A DNA stretch of 64,000 nucleotides from Octopus sinensis (Eukaryota): NCBI RefSeq assembly GCF_006345805.1, contig NC_043017.1:29636001-29700000 (forward strand). The letters run 5' to 3'. Below, piece after piece: positions 40,186 through 53,229 of the stretch (the stretch's first letter is position 1; every line of letters begins with the position of its first letter). A program made the translations under genes and the position numbers. Below the pieces are notes generated by a model. That model had not been told where the DNA came from, searched no databases, and saw nothing but the letters and a program-made list of their open reading frames with translations.

Positions 40186-40317
40186 TTATGATAGAGTCTG
40201 TTTTATTTTCCAGTAATCAGTTAGTACTTTACAGAAATTAAATCATAAAAACCTACGCCGTGGAAGTACAGTACATCACCTTCATATACTTCTTTCAGTC
40301 TGCATTATAACTGTTTA

Positions 40318-40744
40318 GGATCTTTTTGGTTTGAACGGCAGTTTTTAGCATAATTTCTAGGTAACTAAAAAATTTTAAACTTCGTATACTGGTAGAATGT
40401 GTTTATAAAACATCTTTTTCTCTTGGCTTTATTGAGAAAATTCTATGGTTTGTAAGATATTTGTTGTTGTTTTTTCTTCAATTTCTGCAATTTCAACCAA
40501 TCAATGACGTCCCTTGAGGTAAAAAAAAAACATTATGTGCCGTATGAATATGTCCCTCATTTAAGAAACAGATTCGGTTTATTTACATTTGTGAGGAAAA
40601 AAAGATACACTTCGCCCCACCACTAACCCTAAGTAACCCTAAAACAGATTGAAATACAATAGATCGATACTAGGGTCATAATTAGTAGTGACAATTTCAC
40701 ATAACACCGCTAGAAAAAAACTGCCGTTCAAACCGAAAGATTCC
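40318..40744. mobile_element. MITE with ~28-bp TIRs (ggatctttttggtttgaacggcagtttt), copy 1
   Basis: TIRs at both ends; reverse complement of the 41287 copy; no TSD visible. Confidence 0.88.
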
Positions 40745-41286
40745 CACAAAGGTAATCGATAGAATTGTAGTTGAACTTGAGCCGTTAGCACGATTTCATA
40801 GGAGAGTACAGGGCTGAATATATATGCTAGAACAGTATATTCAATGATAGCAATCCTATACTTGAAAGAAGACAAGCAAGGTCAATTCTGAGGTGATTTA
40901 AACTATATAACCTATCACCGACTCCGGAAATATAATGATTCTGCTAATCACTTGCTTAAAAAATAAAACAATCACCTCATCATTAATCAGTAAAGGTACT
41001 AAGAATTATTTATTAAAATATTCACAGACAGGTGGGAAATTTTCAATTTCAACTGTAATGAGGAATATAGCTTTGCGATTGAGTTTAAATTGAATGATCA
41101 CAAAATATTAATGTTTTAAAGTTTGCGTGAAAGTTTCAGTTCTGGTATGTGCGTGAGCTAGTGAATGTGTGAGTGAATACCTACGCATATGAGGAAGTCA
41201 TACAGAACAAAGTCATACAGAAATGAATTTCAGTTAAAATATTTTAGAAAACGTACGAATTCATAAGCAATTCATACACTACGTTT

Positions 41287-41712
41287 GGATCTTTTTGGTT
41301 TGAACGGCAGTTCTTTTCTAGCGGTGTCATATGAAATTGTCACCCATAATTATGACCCTAGTATCGATCTATTGCATTTCAATCTGTTTTAGGGTTAGGT
41401 TAGTTAGGGTTAGGGGTGGGGGAAGGGTATCTTTTTTTCTTCAGAAATGTAAATAAACCCAATCTGTTTCTTAAACAATGGACATATTCATACGGCACAG
41501 AAAGTTTTTTTTACCTCAATAAACGTCAGTGATTGGTTGAAATTGCAGAAATTGAAGAAAAAAAAACAAATATCTTACAAACCGTAGAATTTTCTCAATA
41601 AAGCCAAGAGAAAAAGATGTTTCATAAACACATTCTACCAGTATACAAAGTTTAAAATTTTTGAGTTACCTAGAAATTATGCTAAAAACTGCCGTTCAAA
41701 CCGAAAAGATCC
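41287..41712. mobile_element. MITE copy 2 with 8-bp TSD (Merlin-like by GG termini plus 8-bp TSD)
   Basis: TSD ctacgttt at 41279-41286 and 41713-41720; TIRs intact; superfamily assignment is inference. Confidence 0.9.
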
Positions 41713-42296
41713 CTACGTTTACCTACTTCACTGACTAGATATGTGTATATCATATTTACACCAGAAATACAAGATAAATGCAATGTAAATTACAAGAAAT
41801 ACACTTTAATTTTAGGTATTACTGTTTTTTTTAACTTCATATATACTTTACATATAAATATTCAAACAAACAACACGACAAAAAAGGAATCCTTTTAAAG
41901 ATCTTACTTGATATAATTCGATGCGTTTACAGCAGGTAGCTATATCCGCAAAATTGTGAAATAATTCAAGGTACTTACCTAAAAATAGAAAGAAGAAATA
42001 AAATTAGATTATAAATACAAATGGTGATTTAATTTAAAATGAATTCACAATCAAAATATATCAGAACTAAGCAAGGTTTTCCTTAAATATATTCTAAATT
42101 ACGTTTACTGATAAATTTGGATTTGAAATATGCAGATATACTTTAGAAGCTGACTCCGTTTATATTAGTTTATTTTAGGAGAAATGTGAAATAGGATTAC
42201 AATGAAATGAATATATTCTCTTTTTTTTTCTTACAATGGATAAATGAACAACGGAGAATATGTAAAAATATTGCTTTCAAATTTTAACACAATACC

Positions 42297-42563
42297 TATT
42301 TCTTTATTAAATAAATGCGCCATTTTAAAGCCTAGCCAGGCTTATGGGCCCGGTTTCCCGGTTTCAATGGCGTATGTTTTCCCCAGCTGGACGGGACGCC
42401 AGTCGATATCAGCGTTACTCATTTTTGCCAGCTGAGTGGACTGGAGCAACGTGAAATGAAGTGTTTTGCTCAAGAACACAACGCGTCGCCCGGTCCAGGA
42501 ATCGAAACCACAATCTTACGATCATGGTGCTGACGCCCTAACCACTAAGCCACGCGCTTCCAC
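42297..42563 (-). mobile_element. SINE family E head/core with a Meta-like tail
   Basis: Head gcgcgtggcttagtggttaggg...gtttcgattcc; 'gactggcgtcccgtccag...gaaaccgggaaaccgg'; TSD atttt[a/g]acac[a/c]tacc at 42281-42296 and 42564-42579. Confidence 0.85.
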
Positions 42564-43059
42564 ATTTTGACACACTACCAACAATATCTGTGGTGGATCT
42601 AAGTCGAATACACCGAAACCAGTGACTGGCCCCGAATGGACGAAAGTGTAAATAGATTCCAGCGACATTTGAACTTAGAATGCAATGATTCTGCCAGCTC
42701 GCCGCCTCAAGCAGAATATATAGATATCAAAATTACGAAATTAGAAAAGAAACAACTAAAGTCTACAGGAACTGTTAATGGTAACATTCACGTTCGTATT
42801 TCTATAAGAATTTATTTTGAAAATGCAGAACATTTTAAAAGGGAAATTTGGAAGGAAATACGTCGTAGCAGGTTCAAGCACGCGAACAGTGGGGAAAAAA
42901 CGGAAATTAAGAAGTTGTAATTTTTTAAAATCTATAACTTTTGTTTTAATTTCAGAAATGCATATCGTTTTTAATAATTTAGTTAAAGGTTACATCATTT
43001 TATATATTTGATACCGTGTAGTAACGTAGGAAATCAGTATCTTTATGTTCGTTGATATT

Positions 43060-43099
43060 ACACCGCTAGAAAAAACTGCCGTTGAAACAGAAAAGATCC
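43060..43099. mobile_element. Solo terminus of the MITE family
   Basis: 'acaccgctagaaaaaactgccgttgaaacagaaaagatcc' matches the end at 40704-40744. Confidence 0.8.
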
Positions 43100-43544
43100 C
43101 AAACACATTTCCCGTCCTGATAATCTAATCTTCTTCAGACATTACGTAATGTCTTCTTTATTTTACTAATTACAATTTTTGCGGGGGATGCAGAAGATTC
43201 GGTTACTATTTCTTGCAATTCGAGATTCCATATACATGTTTCTTGTAGCGAACGGCTGCAAACTGGAAAACTAAAATACTGTGATTCTTAAAAGTGAATC
43301 CAATTCCAGTTTGAATCCAATTATTTTACTGTAGTCTTCTATTGATATTTTCTAAATGAACACAATAGAAGCAGCTCTTTCACGGCTGTCGTATCAGTAA
43401 GGTATTGTGAAAATTATTTGAGCTTTGTGGGGAATCAGGAATTAATCTAATTGAATTGACGGTAAGTAATTCGAATGTGTACACTAGGAAATGTTTTTAG
43501 TACTGTTTTCAGAAATAACTGACTTGTTTTTTTCTTATCAAATA

Positions 43545-43939
43545 CTAGCAGCATCGCCCGGCGTTGCTCGGGTTTGCAAGCGAAATAACTATATAAGCAT
43601 TTTTAGAGATGTAAAGTATAATAGCCATCTCAATATGGCTAACCACAAAGGGGGGGGTTACTGTAGCTTTTTACGTTCTGAGATTTAACAATAAATTTTT
43701 AGAGAGTTACTTCCCTTATATAATAGCAAAAATATGCATTAAAAATGGGAAAAATTGATGGTAAATTTTTTAAAAAATCGTAGACTCATCATAGACGCGC
43801 CCTAATACCCAGAAGGGCTCGATATGAATCACGACTATAAGATACCCGCTTTTGGTTAAACTGCACCGCAAAATGTGGGAGTAGTTAGGAATCTAAATCG
43901 TAGGAGACAGACACACAACTTCACTTTTATATATAAAGA
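43545..43939 (-). mobile_element. Non-autonomous Helitron, subfamily H2 variant
   Basis: A|TC...CTAG|T on the minus strand; same 5' part as the 5227 copy, different internal segment at ~43610-43695. Confidence 0.85.
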
Positions 43940-44194
43940 TATATGGACGAAAGTTGCTGTCAAAACTGCAATTTAATTTCTAATAACTCTTTCCATCATC
44001 AGTTTGAAAAATAATAAATGCATTCTCTGTTTGATAAAGATGTGGTATCAGACATTTGGAATACCGTTATTTTCAAATTCTCGTCTATATCTAAAACATG
44101 AAATCGCATTTCTATGAATGCAAAGATAACGACCATGAACCTTCACTACTATATGTTCGGGCTGTATCCACTTTCTTCAATACATAATAGTCAT

Positions 44195-44364
44195 AGTCGT
44201 ATGAGTGGATGTGTGGTAAGTAGGATGCTTACCAACCACATGGTTCCGGGTTCAGTCCCACTGCGTGACACCTTGGGCGAGTGTCTTTAACTATAGCCTA
44301 GGGCCTACCAAAGCCTTGTGAGTGGATTTGGTAGACGGAAACTGAAAGATGTACGTCGTGTATG

Positions 44365-44409
<45 letters not shown>

Positions 44410-44602
44410 TTGTCCCACAATATCGCTTGACAACCGATGCTGGTGTGTTTACATCACCGTCACTCAGCGGTTCGGCAAAACTGACCGATGCAATAAGTAC
44501 CAGGCTTACAAAGAAGAAGTCCTGGGGTCAATTTGCTCTACTAAAGGCAGCGCTCCAGCATGGCAACAGTGAAATGACAAACAAGTAAAAGAGTAAAAAG
44601 AG
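44195..44602 (+). mobile_element. SINE family A, full length
   Basis: A/B boxes, CORE-like block, internal (TA)(TG), tail gtaaaagagtaaaaag. Confidence 0.9.
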
Positions 44603-45816
44603 AGAGAGAATATCATCTGAAATTTATGACAGAATAATTGACAAGTTATAGCTTAAACAGGAATAAAGCCTAAGTTACTAATTTGGTTTCCAAGGAGATG
44701 CAAGGCAGGTGATCGCTTTTTGATTGACTATGCACCTGTCTTAAGTAATTAGTCTTTTGCTAAAACATCATCAGGTATAAACTGTTTATATGTATTAAAC
44801 ATTAAAAGAATTAGAAAAATCTTATTTAAATATATTACTCTGATTGCTGAAGAAGCACCTTAATTTGAAATATAACAAACTTAAAGCTGCATCGAGAGAT
44901 AAATAGTGGCACTCAGGAAGTACATACTTCCAAACGTGTATCCATGAAAAGACATTAAAAAGATATTTATTGATTTAGTTGTTTAATTACAATTACGCAA
45001 TTAAGCAACGACCGGTTTCACCGTTTTTTTAAATACTACACTTATCACTAATTTAGGAATGAAATTAATTACATTGTAATTACGTATTCTTAGATAATTA
45101 GGCTATCGTATAAACCTATTGGAAAATTGTGGCTGTGGAAGTAATGTTAGAATACCTGGGGAAATACAATGGATCGCTTCCCATAGGAGGCAATGAATTT
45201 GCCCAAAGCCTGAACTATTTTTAACACAGGAATTAGCATTTATTTTCATTGGTAAATAGGAAGCATATGATGTTATATTGTGCATTTACAATTAAGTGGA
45301 GCAATAGAGAGTCAATGAAAGAAGACTGAAACAGTAGTAAAGGCATCTGCTTTGGTAGTTTTGATATAGTATTGAGAGGATTCAGAGGTGGAGAGAAAGA
45401 GAGGAGAGAGAGTTACTGAGGGAGAGAAGGGGACAGAGAGAGAAAAGAAGATATGGCTTCGATCAGTGCCTTAATAATCGAAATCTGAAGGGACTAAAAT
45501 ATTAATAAAGGTTAGTGTATTTTGACCTCAGTAACGAAAAACCAAAAAAAACAACGAGGCATTTTATGACCCTCACCCAACTTTGTCAATTTGCCACTTT
45601 CTAAGAAAGATGAAAGAGATGTTTCAACCGAAAAGATTCCAATAAGTAGTGAGAATATATATTTTAAGAGAATAAGGAATGATCGCATTGAGGAGGGATA
45701 AATTATATTGGCCAGGATGATGTCATCATAAAACAATGTCGTTTTTTTCAATTGCTGATCTTTATAAATATATATGTATGAATGTATTCATGTATGCAAG
45801 TATGTATGTATGTATG

Positions 45817-45849
<33 letters not shown>

Positions 45850-46756
45850 ATGTGTACGTATGTCTCTATGTATCTATCTATCTATCTATACACACACACA
45901 AAAAGATTCACATACTCATATTACATATGCATATGTACAAATGTATATAGAAACATAACGGTATATGTATGTATGTGTGTCCAAATTCGAATTCTATATG
46001 TGTATGCACGTTATGTATACGTATATATTTATGTATTAAGACAGAGAAAAGATAAAGATAGAAAAAAAGAGAAACTGATAGACAGGCAGAGATAAGATAA
46101 AGATATATAGAGAAACAAAGAATAGCCTTTATATTTTTGCTTGATTTGTTTATATCTGAAGTGAAGACAAGTAACGAGACCAAGAAATGTTATTTATACT
46201 TCTTATATTTTCCCTCTTTTTTATCCCTATCATCACGATTTTTTTTTTCTGTTAAGCGAAAAATAGTTTTCTTTTTCGGAAGAAAATGTGCAGCGTTCAT
46301 TTTTTTTTTTATTATTATTATTTTCCACAAATAATTATTCTTGAGAGCAAATCTGACATTTATTCATGTATGTATACACAAATTTATGAATAATGTTTCT
46401 TCTCACGAAGAATTTCTAAGGTATACAAAAAGTATAATGAAATGTTATTACCCTTAACAAGAACAAAAAAAAAAAAAACACTAAGGACGGCGAGGACGAT
46501 GATGATGCTGCAGCTGATGATGATGAAGAAAATAATAATCATTTACTATTCCGGCACAATCCCAGCAATTTTCAGGAGTGAGGAATTTGGTTTCATTCAC
46601 TCCAGTTCTTAGTTTCTCGACCCGGAAATGATGTAAGTTCGATCTCGGTGACATTTGAAATCAGAACATAAAAACAGGAGGAATGCCGCTATACAATTTT
46701 TCCCTCGTGCTTACGATGCTTCCAGCCCACTCCTTTACTACTACTACTACTACTAC

Positions 46757-46965
46757 TTTTTACTCTTTTACTTTTTTTCAGTCATTTGACTGCGATCATG
46801 CTGCAGCACCGCCTTCAATCGAGCAACTCGACACCAGGACTTATTCTTTAGTAAGCCCAGTACTTATTCTATCGGTCTCTTTTGCCGACCCGCTAAGATA
46901 CGGGGACATAAACACACCAGCATCGGTTGTCAAGTAATGCTAGGGGGACAAACAGGGACACACAA

Positions 46966-46996
<31 letters not shown>

Positions 46997-47172
46997 CATA
47001 TACACATACATATATACGACGGGCTTATTTCAGTTTTCCGTCTACCAAATCCACTCACAAGGCTTTGGTCGGACCGAGGCTATATTAGAAGACACTTGCC
47101 CAAGGTGCCACGCAGTGGGACTGGACCCGGAACTATGTGGTTTGTAAACAAGCTACTTACCGCACATCCACT
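46757..47172 (-). mobile_element. SINE family A inserted in (CTA)n
   Basis: Reverse-complement family A, flanked on both sides by ctactacta. Confidence 0.9.
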
Positions 47173-47212
47173 ACTACTACTACTACTACTACTAATAATA
47201 ATAATAACGATG

Positions 47213-47605
47213 ATTTCAATTTTTTTTCTACCACAAAAGCGGCTTGAGGGAGGAGATTAAGTCAATTACATCGACCCAGTGCATAACAGTTATTTATTTA
47301 ATTGACCCTGCAAGGACGTAAATTGAAGTCGACTTCGACGGAATTTGATCTCAGAACGCTTCGACGGGCGAAATACCGCTAAGAATTTCGTCCAGCGCGC
47401 CGATTTAATAATAATCCCTTCCACTATAGGCCAAAGGCCTGAAATTTTGGGGAGGCGACCAGTCGATTTAATTGTACTTAATTTATCGACTCCGAAAGGA
47501 TGAAAGGGAAATTCGAACTCGGGGGAATTTGAAATCAGAACGTAGCGACGGGCGAAATGCCGCTAAATATTTCGTCCAGCGTGGTAACGATTCTGCCAGC
47601 TCACT
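47213..47605 (-). mobile_element. Two tandem older family B units (alternative 3' tail)
   Basis: 'gacgggcgaaat[a/g]ccgctaa...atttcgtccagcg' twice; tail 'ggcctgaaattttgggga'. Confidence 0.75.
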
Positions 47606-49074
47606 TGCAAAATAATAATAATAGTAATAATAACAATAATAATAATAATAATAATAATGATAATATAGGCAAATGTCTATACTTCTGTATTTGAGTGGTA
47701 TTTTATTTTATCGAGCCCTTAAAGTATCTAAATTTAATTTGGTGGTATTTGAAATCAGAATTTTTGAAATTAAGAACAAATAACAATGAATTTTTCCAGA
47801 GATCTTAACGCTTTTAGCAACTAACCAGACCTTCAATAAGAAATAATGGTTTCTAATATGGATTAAAGTATACTGAGGACAGTAAATAATTTATTCACAA
47901 ACATCGGAACGCGAAGCGCTCCTCATAACCGCATGTTTGTGTGATGGCTGTGATATATCAACAGTTTTGAATAAGAACCAGAAAGCGACGTATGAATACG
48001 CAATGCGCATGTTAAACAAAAAGGGAAGAGGAGGATAAAAGTATGGAAGCAATGTTGACTTTGAAAATATTTGAGCATGAATGTCAAGGGAAGAGGACAA
48101 ATACTCTATATATATTCTGCCAGATTTTGATAATTCCCAAGTTTTAAGCAAAGACGTATTTTCTTGGGTTACGCATCATCGCCAAAACTAGTGAAAAAGA
48201 TGCCGTCAGAAGGAATCTATTGTTAAAATGTATTAGATGGAATGTAGAGTTAAAAGTGTCGTTGAAATTGTCCAAACTAATGTCATTTTATTGCTAAAAT
48301 TTCATTGTTGTTCTCTACAAGTTGAAATAAAATTTAATTCTTTATCTAATTACGTTCATTTGCTTCTAATACTTTCTTTCTAACGAGGTCATTTTCCAAG
48401 GAAAGACCATATTGAAACAGATGTGAACGAAAGTGGAAGATGAAACTATGTCAAAAACTAAAGGATCGGATGTCGCTCTCTTCGTGGTGGAGAGATAACT
48501 AACACGTTTCAGGAAGTTCTCTATTGAACATTATACAAAAAGCATTACTTTTCCCTTCAGCAGTGATAGAAAAACACATATAACACAAAATAATCAACAC
48601 ACAAACAAATAAACAAAAATTTCTCAGAGTGAGGCGAAGACACATCTGCTCATGGCAACATTCAATAATAATAAAAAGAGGAAAACAAATCTTACAGCAA
48701 CGGCAATAAAACAAGACCACCAACTAAAGTGATGATGATTATAATGATGATTATGGAAAAATGATGATGATGATGATGATAATAATAATAATAACAACAA
48801 CACCACCAACAACAATAATTGCTACAGTTTCTTTGACAGCGATAAAAAAGAACTAATCTTTTTCCCTTTTGTGGAAATTTCTTCGACCTTATCATTTGTT
48901 GAAAGGAATTAGATAAATGAATATTATTCTGTTCTTTTTTCCTTCCTCAAGACAGTAACACTTTGAAGATTTCCATCAATAAAACAATTTATATTCCTTT
49001 GTATATATGTTCGATTTCGCGCTTACACACGCACACATATGTCTGTGAGCGCATGTGTAGTTCTGTGTGTGCAT

Positions 49075-49105
<31 letters not shown>

Positions 49106-49619
49106 CCTTTGCGTGAGTGTACACGCCTCACCAACCCTAAATATACATACATTTGCATATTTAGTTGGGAACATATTTTTCTTATATATATTTTTTCGAT
49201 AGAGTGAAGAAAAGACTGCATTTCTTTTATCGCTTGTGTTCTCAAATCAATCACCAAACATACATATATATATTTGACCATACAATTCATCAAGGCACTT
49301 TTAGAGTAATGTTTTCTGAGCGTGACTCTAATATATGTCCATAAATTATAACTTATGTATAACTGTAAATATATCATACTTTTGTGTATATACACTCTAA
49401 CACACAAACGTATTTATGTTCGCATGTGTGTATAAGTTTGTGCTTGTGTGCGCGTGAAATATTAGAAATAGACTTGTGTAATTGTCGGTTGAGCAATGCA
49501 CAATACAACCACCAGGTGGTGCTCAATCTTTCAAGACAGTCATTTATGCGACAACAAATATTTGTCCTTTCTTTTGATCGTTATATATTTTATAAAGTGT
49601 TTTGTATGAAATCATCAAT

Positions 49620-49651
<32 letters not shown>

Positions 49652-50016
49652 CCTACCTACCTTTCTTCCTACATTCCTATCTATCAATCTACCTTCTTAT
49701 ATTCCTATCTATCTATATCTGTCTTCCTACATTCCTATCTATCTATATCTGTCTTCCTACATTCCCATCTATCTATCTATCTACCTTCTTCCTATATTCC
49801 CATCTATCTATCTATCTATCTACCTTCTTCCTATATTCCCATCTATCTATCTATCTATCTACCTTTCTTCCTATATTCCCATCTATCTATCTATCTATCT
49901 ACCTTTCTTCCTATATTCCCATCTATCTATCTATCTATCTATCTACCTTTCTTCCTATATTCCCATCTATCTATCTATCTATCTATCTTTCTATCTATCT
50001 TTCTTCCTATATTCCC

Positions 50017-50047
<31 letters not shown>

Positions 50048-50221
50048 ATCTATCTATCTATCTTCCTACATTCCTATCTATCTATCAATCTACATTCCTA
50101 CATTCCTATCAATGTATGTATGTATCTATCTATCTATCTATCTATCTACCTTCCTATCGATCTATCTATCTATCTACCTTCCTTTCTACATTCCTATCTA
50201 TCTACCTTCCTTTCTACATTC

Positions 50222-50252
<31 letters not shown>
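49620..50252. repeat. (ATCT)n satellite with a ~37-bp higher-order unit (ttcctatattccc + atct runs)
   Basis: Direct reading. Confidence 0.92.
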
Positions 50253-50253
<1 letters not shown>

Positions 50254-50440
50254 GAGTCACTTTGAATATGTCTGTCTGTCTCAATATATATGCATTTTTC
50301 TCTAATGTTATATCACTTCTCTATAAAAGCTCATCTCTTGAAAGATATATTCCGCTTGTTTAATTCTAGATGAACACCAGTACTGTAGTCTTGCTATCCT
50401 TATAAGTGCGGACGAGAGAGTTCAAGCCATAGCTGGCTTA

Positions 50441-50636
50441 CTCTCTCTTTTTTTACCCTAACTTGTTTCAGTCATTTGACTGTGGCCATGCAGGAGCACC
50501 GCCTTTAGTCGAGCAAATCGACCCCGGGGATTATTCTTCTGTAAGCCTAGTACTTATTCTATCGATCTCTTTTGCCGAACTGCTAAGTTACGAGGACGTA
50601 AACACACCAGCATCGATGTTGAGGGTACAAACACAA

Positions 50637-50672
<36 letters not shown>

Positions 50673-50727
50673 CTACGACGGGCTTCTTTCAGTTTCCGTC
50701 TACCAAATCCACTCACAAGGCTTTGGT
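50441..50727 (-). mobile_element. SINE family A, 5'-truncated
   Basis: Ends after 'ccactcacaaggctttggt'. Confidence 0.85.
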
Positions 50728-51007
50728 TCATTTTAGTTCATTTCTGCAATAAGTTGAATATTTTTATTTATTTATTCTTTTTGTTAGTCGCTTGGCCATA
50801 GAAGAGATTTCTGGAGTCATTATTTTATTTGACCAACCTCCTGTGTTTTTGAACTGTCTGCTCAATCTCCTGTGATATGTTGGTGGCGGAAAACAATCCC
50901 TGACGTCATACCCTCTCGACACTGGACGTTCCCATGGAGTTTCATCCCTTTTATGTTACACCTTTATCTCTAGTTTGAAGTTTCATATATGATATTGCAA
51001 CTGAAAG

Positions 51008-51383
51008 AAGGCGGTGAGATGGCAGAAACGTTCTGAGTTCAAATTCCGCCGAGGTCGACTTTGCCTTTCATCCCTTCGGGGTCGATATATTAAGCCCCAG
51101 TTACGCACTGGGGTCGATGTAATCGACTTAATCCGTTTGTCTGTCCTTGTTTGTGCCCTCTATGTTTAGCCCGTTGTTGGCAATAAAGAAATAAGGAACG
51201 TTAGCACACCGGGCGAAATGCTTAACCGTATTTCTTCTGTCACTGCTTTCTGATTTCAAATTCCGCCGGAGTCAACTTTGCCTTTCATCCTTTCGGGGTC
51301 GATAAATTAAATACCAGTTGCGTCGATCTAATCGACTAGCCCCCTCCCCCAAAATTTCGAGCCTTTTGCCAAGAGTAGAAAAT
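51008..51383 (+). mobile_element. Composite SINE family B (unit with tail type 1 followed by unit with tail type 2)
   Basis: aggcggtgagatggcagaaacg head; tail 'ctgtccttgtttg...aataaagaaata', then a second unit ending 'ccctcccccaaaatttc'. Confidence 0.8.
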
Positions 51384-51558
51384 AATACTGCAACTGAATC
51401 ATGAAATAAATTAATGTAGAATGCAATTACACACCTTATAACTAATGAAATATTCCAGCTATTACAAGAAAAAATGAGCTAGAAATTGCCAGGTGTTTGT
51501 AACAGCGTTTTCCTTTATTTTTTTTTGCGCTCAGTCCCACTAAGTTTAGTGATTGTCT

Positions 51559-51874
51559 GTGAGGGCGCGTGGCTTAGTGGTTAGGGCATTCGGCTCATAA
51601 TCGTAAGGTTGTGAGTTCGATTCCCGGCGACGCGTTGTGTCCTTGAGCAAGACACTTTATTTCACGTTGCTCCAGTCCACTCAGCTGGCAAAAATGAGTT
51701 GTACTTGTATTTCAAAGGGTCAGCCTTGTCACTCTCTGTGTCACGCTGATTATCCCCGAGAACTACGTTAACGGTACACGTGTCTGTGGAATGCTCAGCC
51801 ATTTTCACGAGCAAGCTGTTCCGTTGATCGTATCAGCTGGGACCCTCGTCGTCGTAACCGGCGGAGTCTTTTTT
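51559..51874 (+). mobile_element. SINE family E, full length, non-Meta tail
   Basis: A-box tggcttagtgg, B-box agttcgattcc, CORE-like gtgtccttgagcaagacac, T-rich end; TSD tttagt[g/c]attgtct at 51545-51558 and 51875-51888. Confidence 0.9.
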
Positions 51875-52049
51875 TTTAGTCATTGTCTAATTTTATATTG
51901 CCCTATGTTTCTATAGATGTAAGACATACAGTTGTATGTGGAATATGTAATTGCCGTTTCTAGCAGATCAAAGCTGATTCGCTGGATACATTTTCTTTTA
52001 CATCAGGGATGCTTTATCGTATTAGACATATTAATAATATAACTGACCG

Positions 52050-52262
52050 AGAGTTGGCTGGCTGGCAGACTCGTTACGACGGAGGGCAAAATGCTTAGCG
52101 GCATTTCGTCCGCTTTACGTTAAGTTCAAATTCTACTAAAGTTTACTTCACCTTTCATCCTTTCCGCTTGGATAAAATAAGTACCAGCTGAATCCCCGGA
52201 GTCGATATAATCAACTTTATTGATCCCTCGAATTCCCTGGCCTTGTACCAAAATTTTAAACC
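52050..52262 (+). mobile_element. Degenerate SINE family B
   Basis: 'gctggcagac...aaatgcttagcggcatttcgtc...cctttcatcctttc...ataagtaccag'. Confidence 0.75.
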
Positions 52263-52829
52263 AGTATTATAACTGATTGAATCAGCCTTTTGAATAGTTG
52301 TCTTAAGAAGGTATCGGAAATATAAATTTAAATACATCGCTTTGGATGAAATTTAGTTCAAAGGCGGTGGATTAATTGAAGATGAGAGGTGAATGTTAAG
52401 TGATAGACTGTTGTGTAGATATTCGTTGATTTGGAGAACGTTGAGTAGCGATTAATGGAATGGTAATCTGCTGGTTAGATATAAAATGACTCATAAGAAG
52501 ATAGCTGTGTGGAGATTAGAACAGTGAAAGTTGACGTAAATTAAGGTGCAGCAGAGTAAGGCTGAAATACATCGTTTGTAACCGAAGATGAAGCAGAGAA
52601 ATGCGGATTTAAGTGAACGAATATGGGTTGGTATAAGATAGCTTGTATGATGATACAGTCAAATAAATGTGACTTTGTACCTGTATGTGGAATACCTTAA
52701 ATACGTACTTGCAGCATATCATAAATATACAAAAATGTATACTTATGTCAATATTTCTCATGCTGTTATATGGAAGAACAAACATCTGATAGAATGAAAA
52801 AAATTCCTCTCTACAGAATAGACAAGATA

Positions 52830-53215
52830 TTTGCTGCAAATTTTGGTACAAGGCCAGCAAGTTATAGGGAGTGTGTAAGTCGATTATGTCGACTGCAGAG
52901 CTATAGCGGAACTTATTTTATCGACTCTGGAAGGTTGAAAAGCAAAGTTAATCTCTGCGGAATTTGAACTCAGAATATGAAGAAAGACAAAATGACGCTA
53001 AGTATTTTTGCCGGCGTGCTAACGATTTTGGCAAATCGATGCCGTGAATACAAAAAATATTGATTTCAAATTTTGGCATACGGCCAGCAATTTCGTGGAA
53101 GAGATAAATCGATTACACAGAAACTGAGCAGAACGTGAACTCAGAACGTAAAGACGGACTAACTATCGGTCAGCATTTGGTCCGGCCTACTAACAGTTTG
53201 GACAACACGCCGCCA
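52830..53215 (-). mobile_element. Two degenerate family B units
   Basis: 'aaattttgg[t/c]a[c/t]a..gccagcaa' and 'gaactcagaa' each twice. Confidence 0.65.
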
Positions 53216-53229
53216 TTTTTATGAAAACA

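Noticed and set aside
47880-48480. Moderately complex stretch that might be a coding or TE remnant (similar stretches at ~19060-20000, 34520-34790, 56150-56600, 62740-63200)
   Set aside because: No recognisable motif, copy or terminal structure by eye; needs BLASTX/RepeatMasker
49384-50265. 293-aa and 217-aa LSIY-rich ORFs
   Set aside because: (ATCT)n satellite artefact
30840-51630. tRNA-like sequences at SINE heads (e.g. ~30840-30908, ~31123-31195, ~51560-51630)
   Set aside because: Continue into SINE bodies flanked by TSDs and lack complete cloverleaves; not tRNA genes
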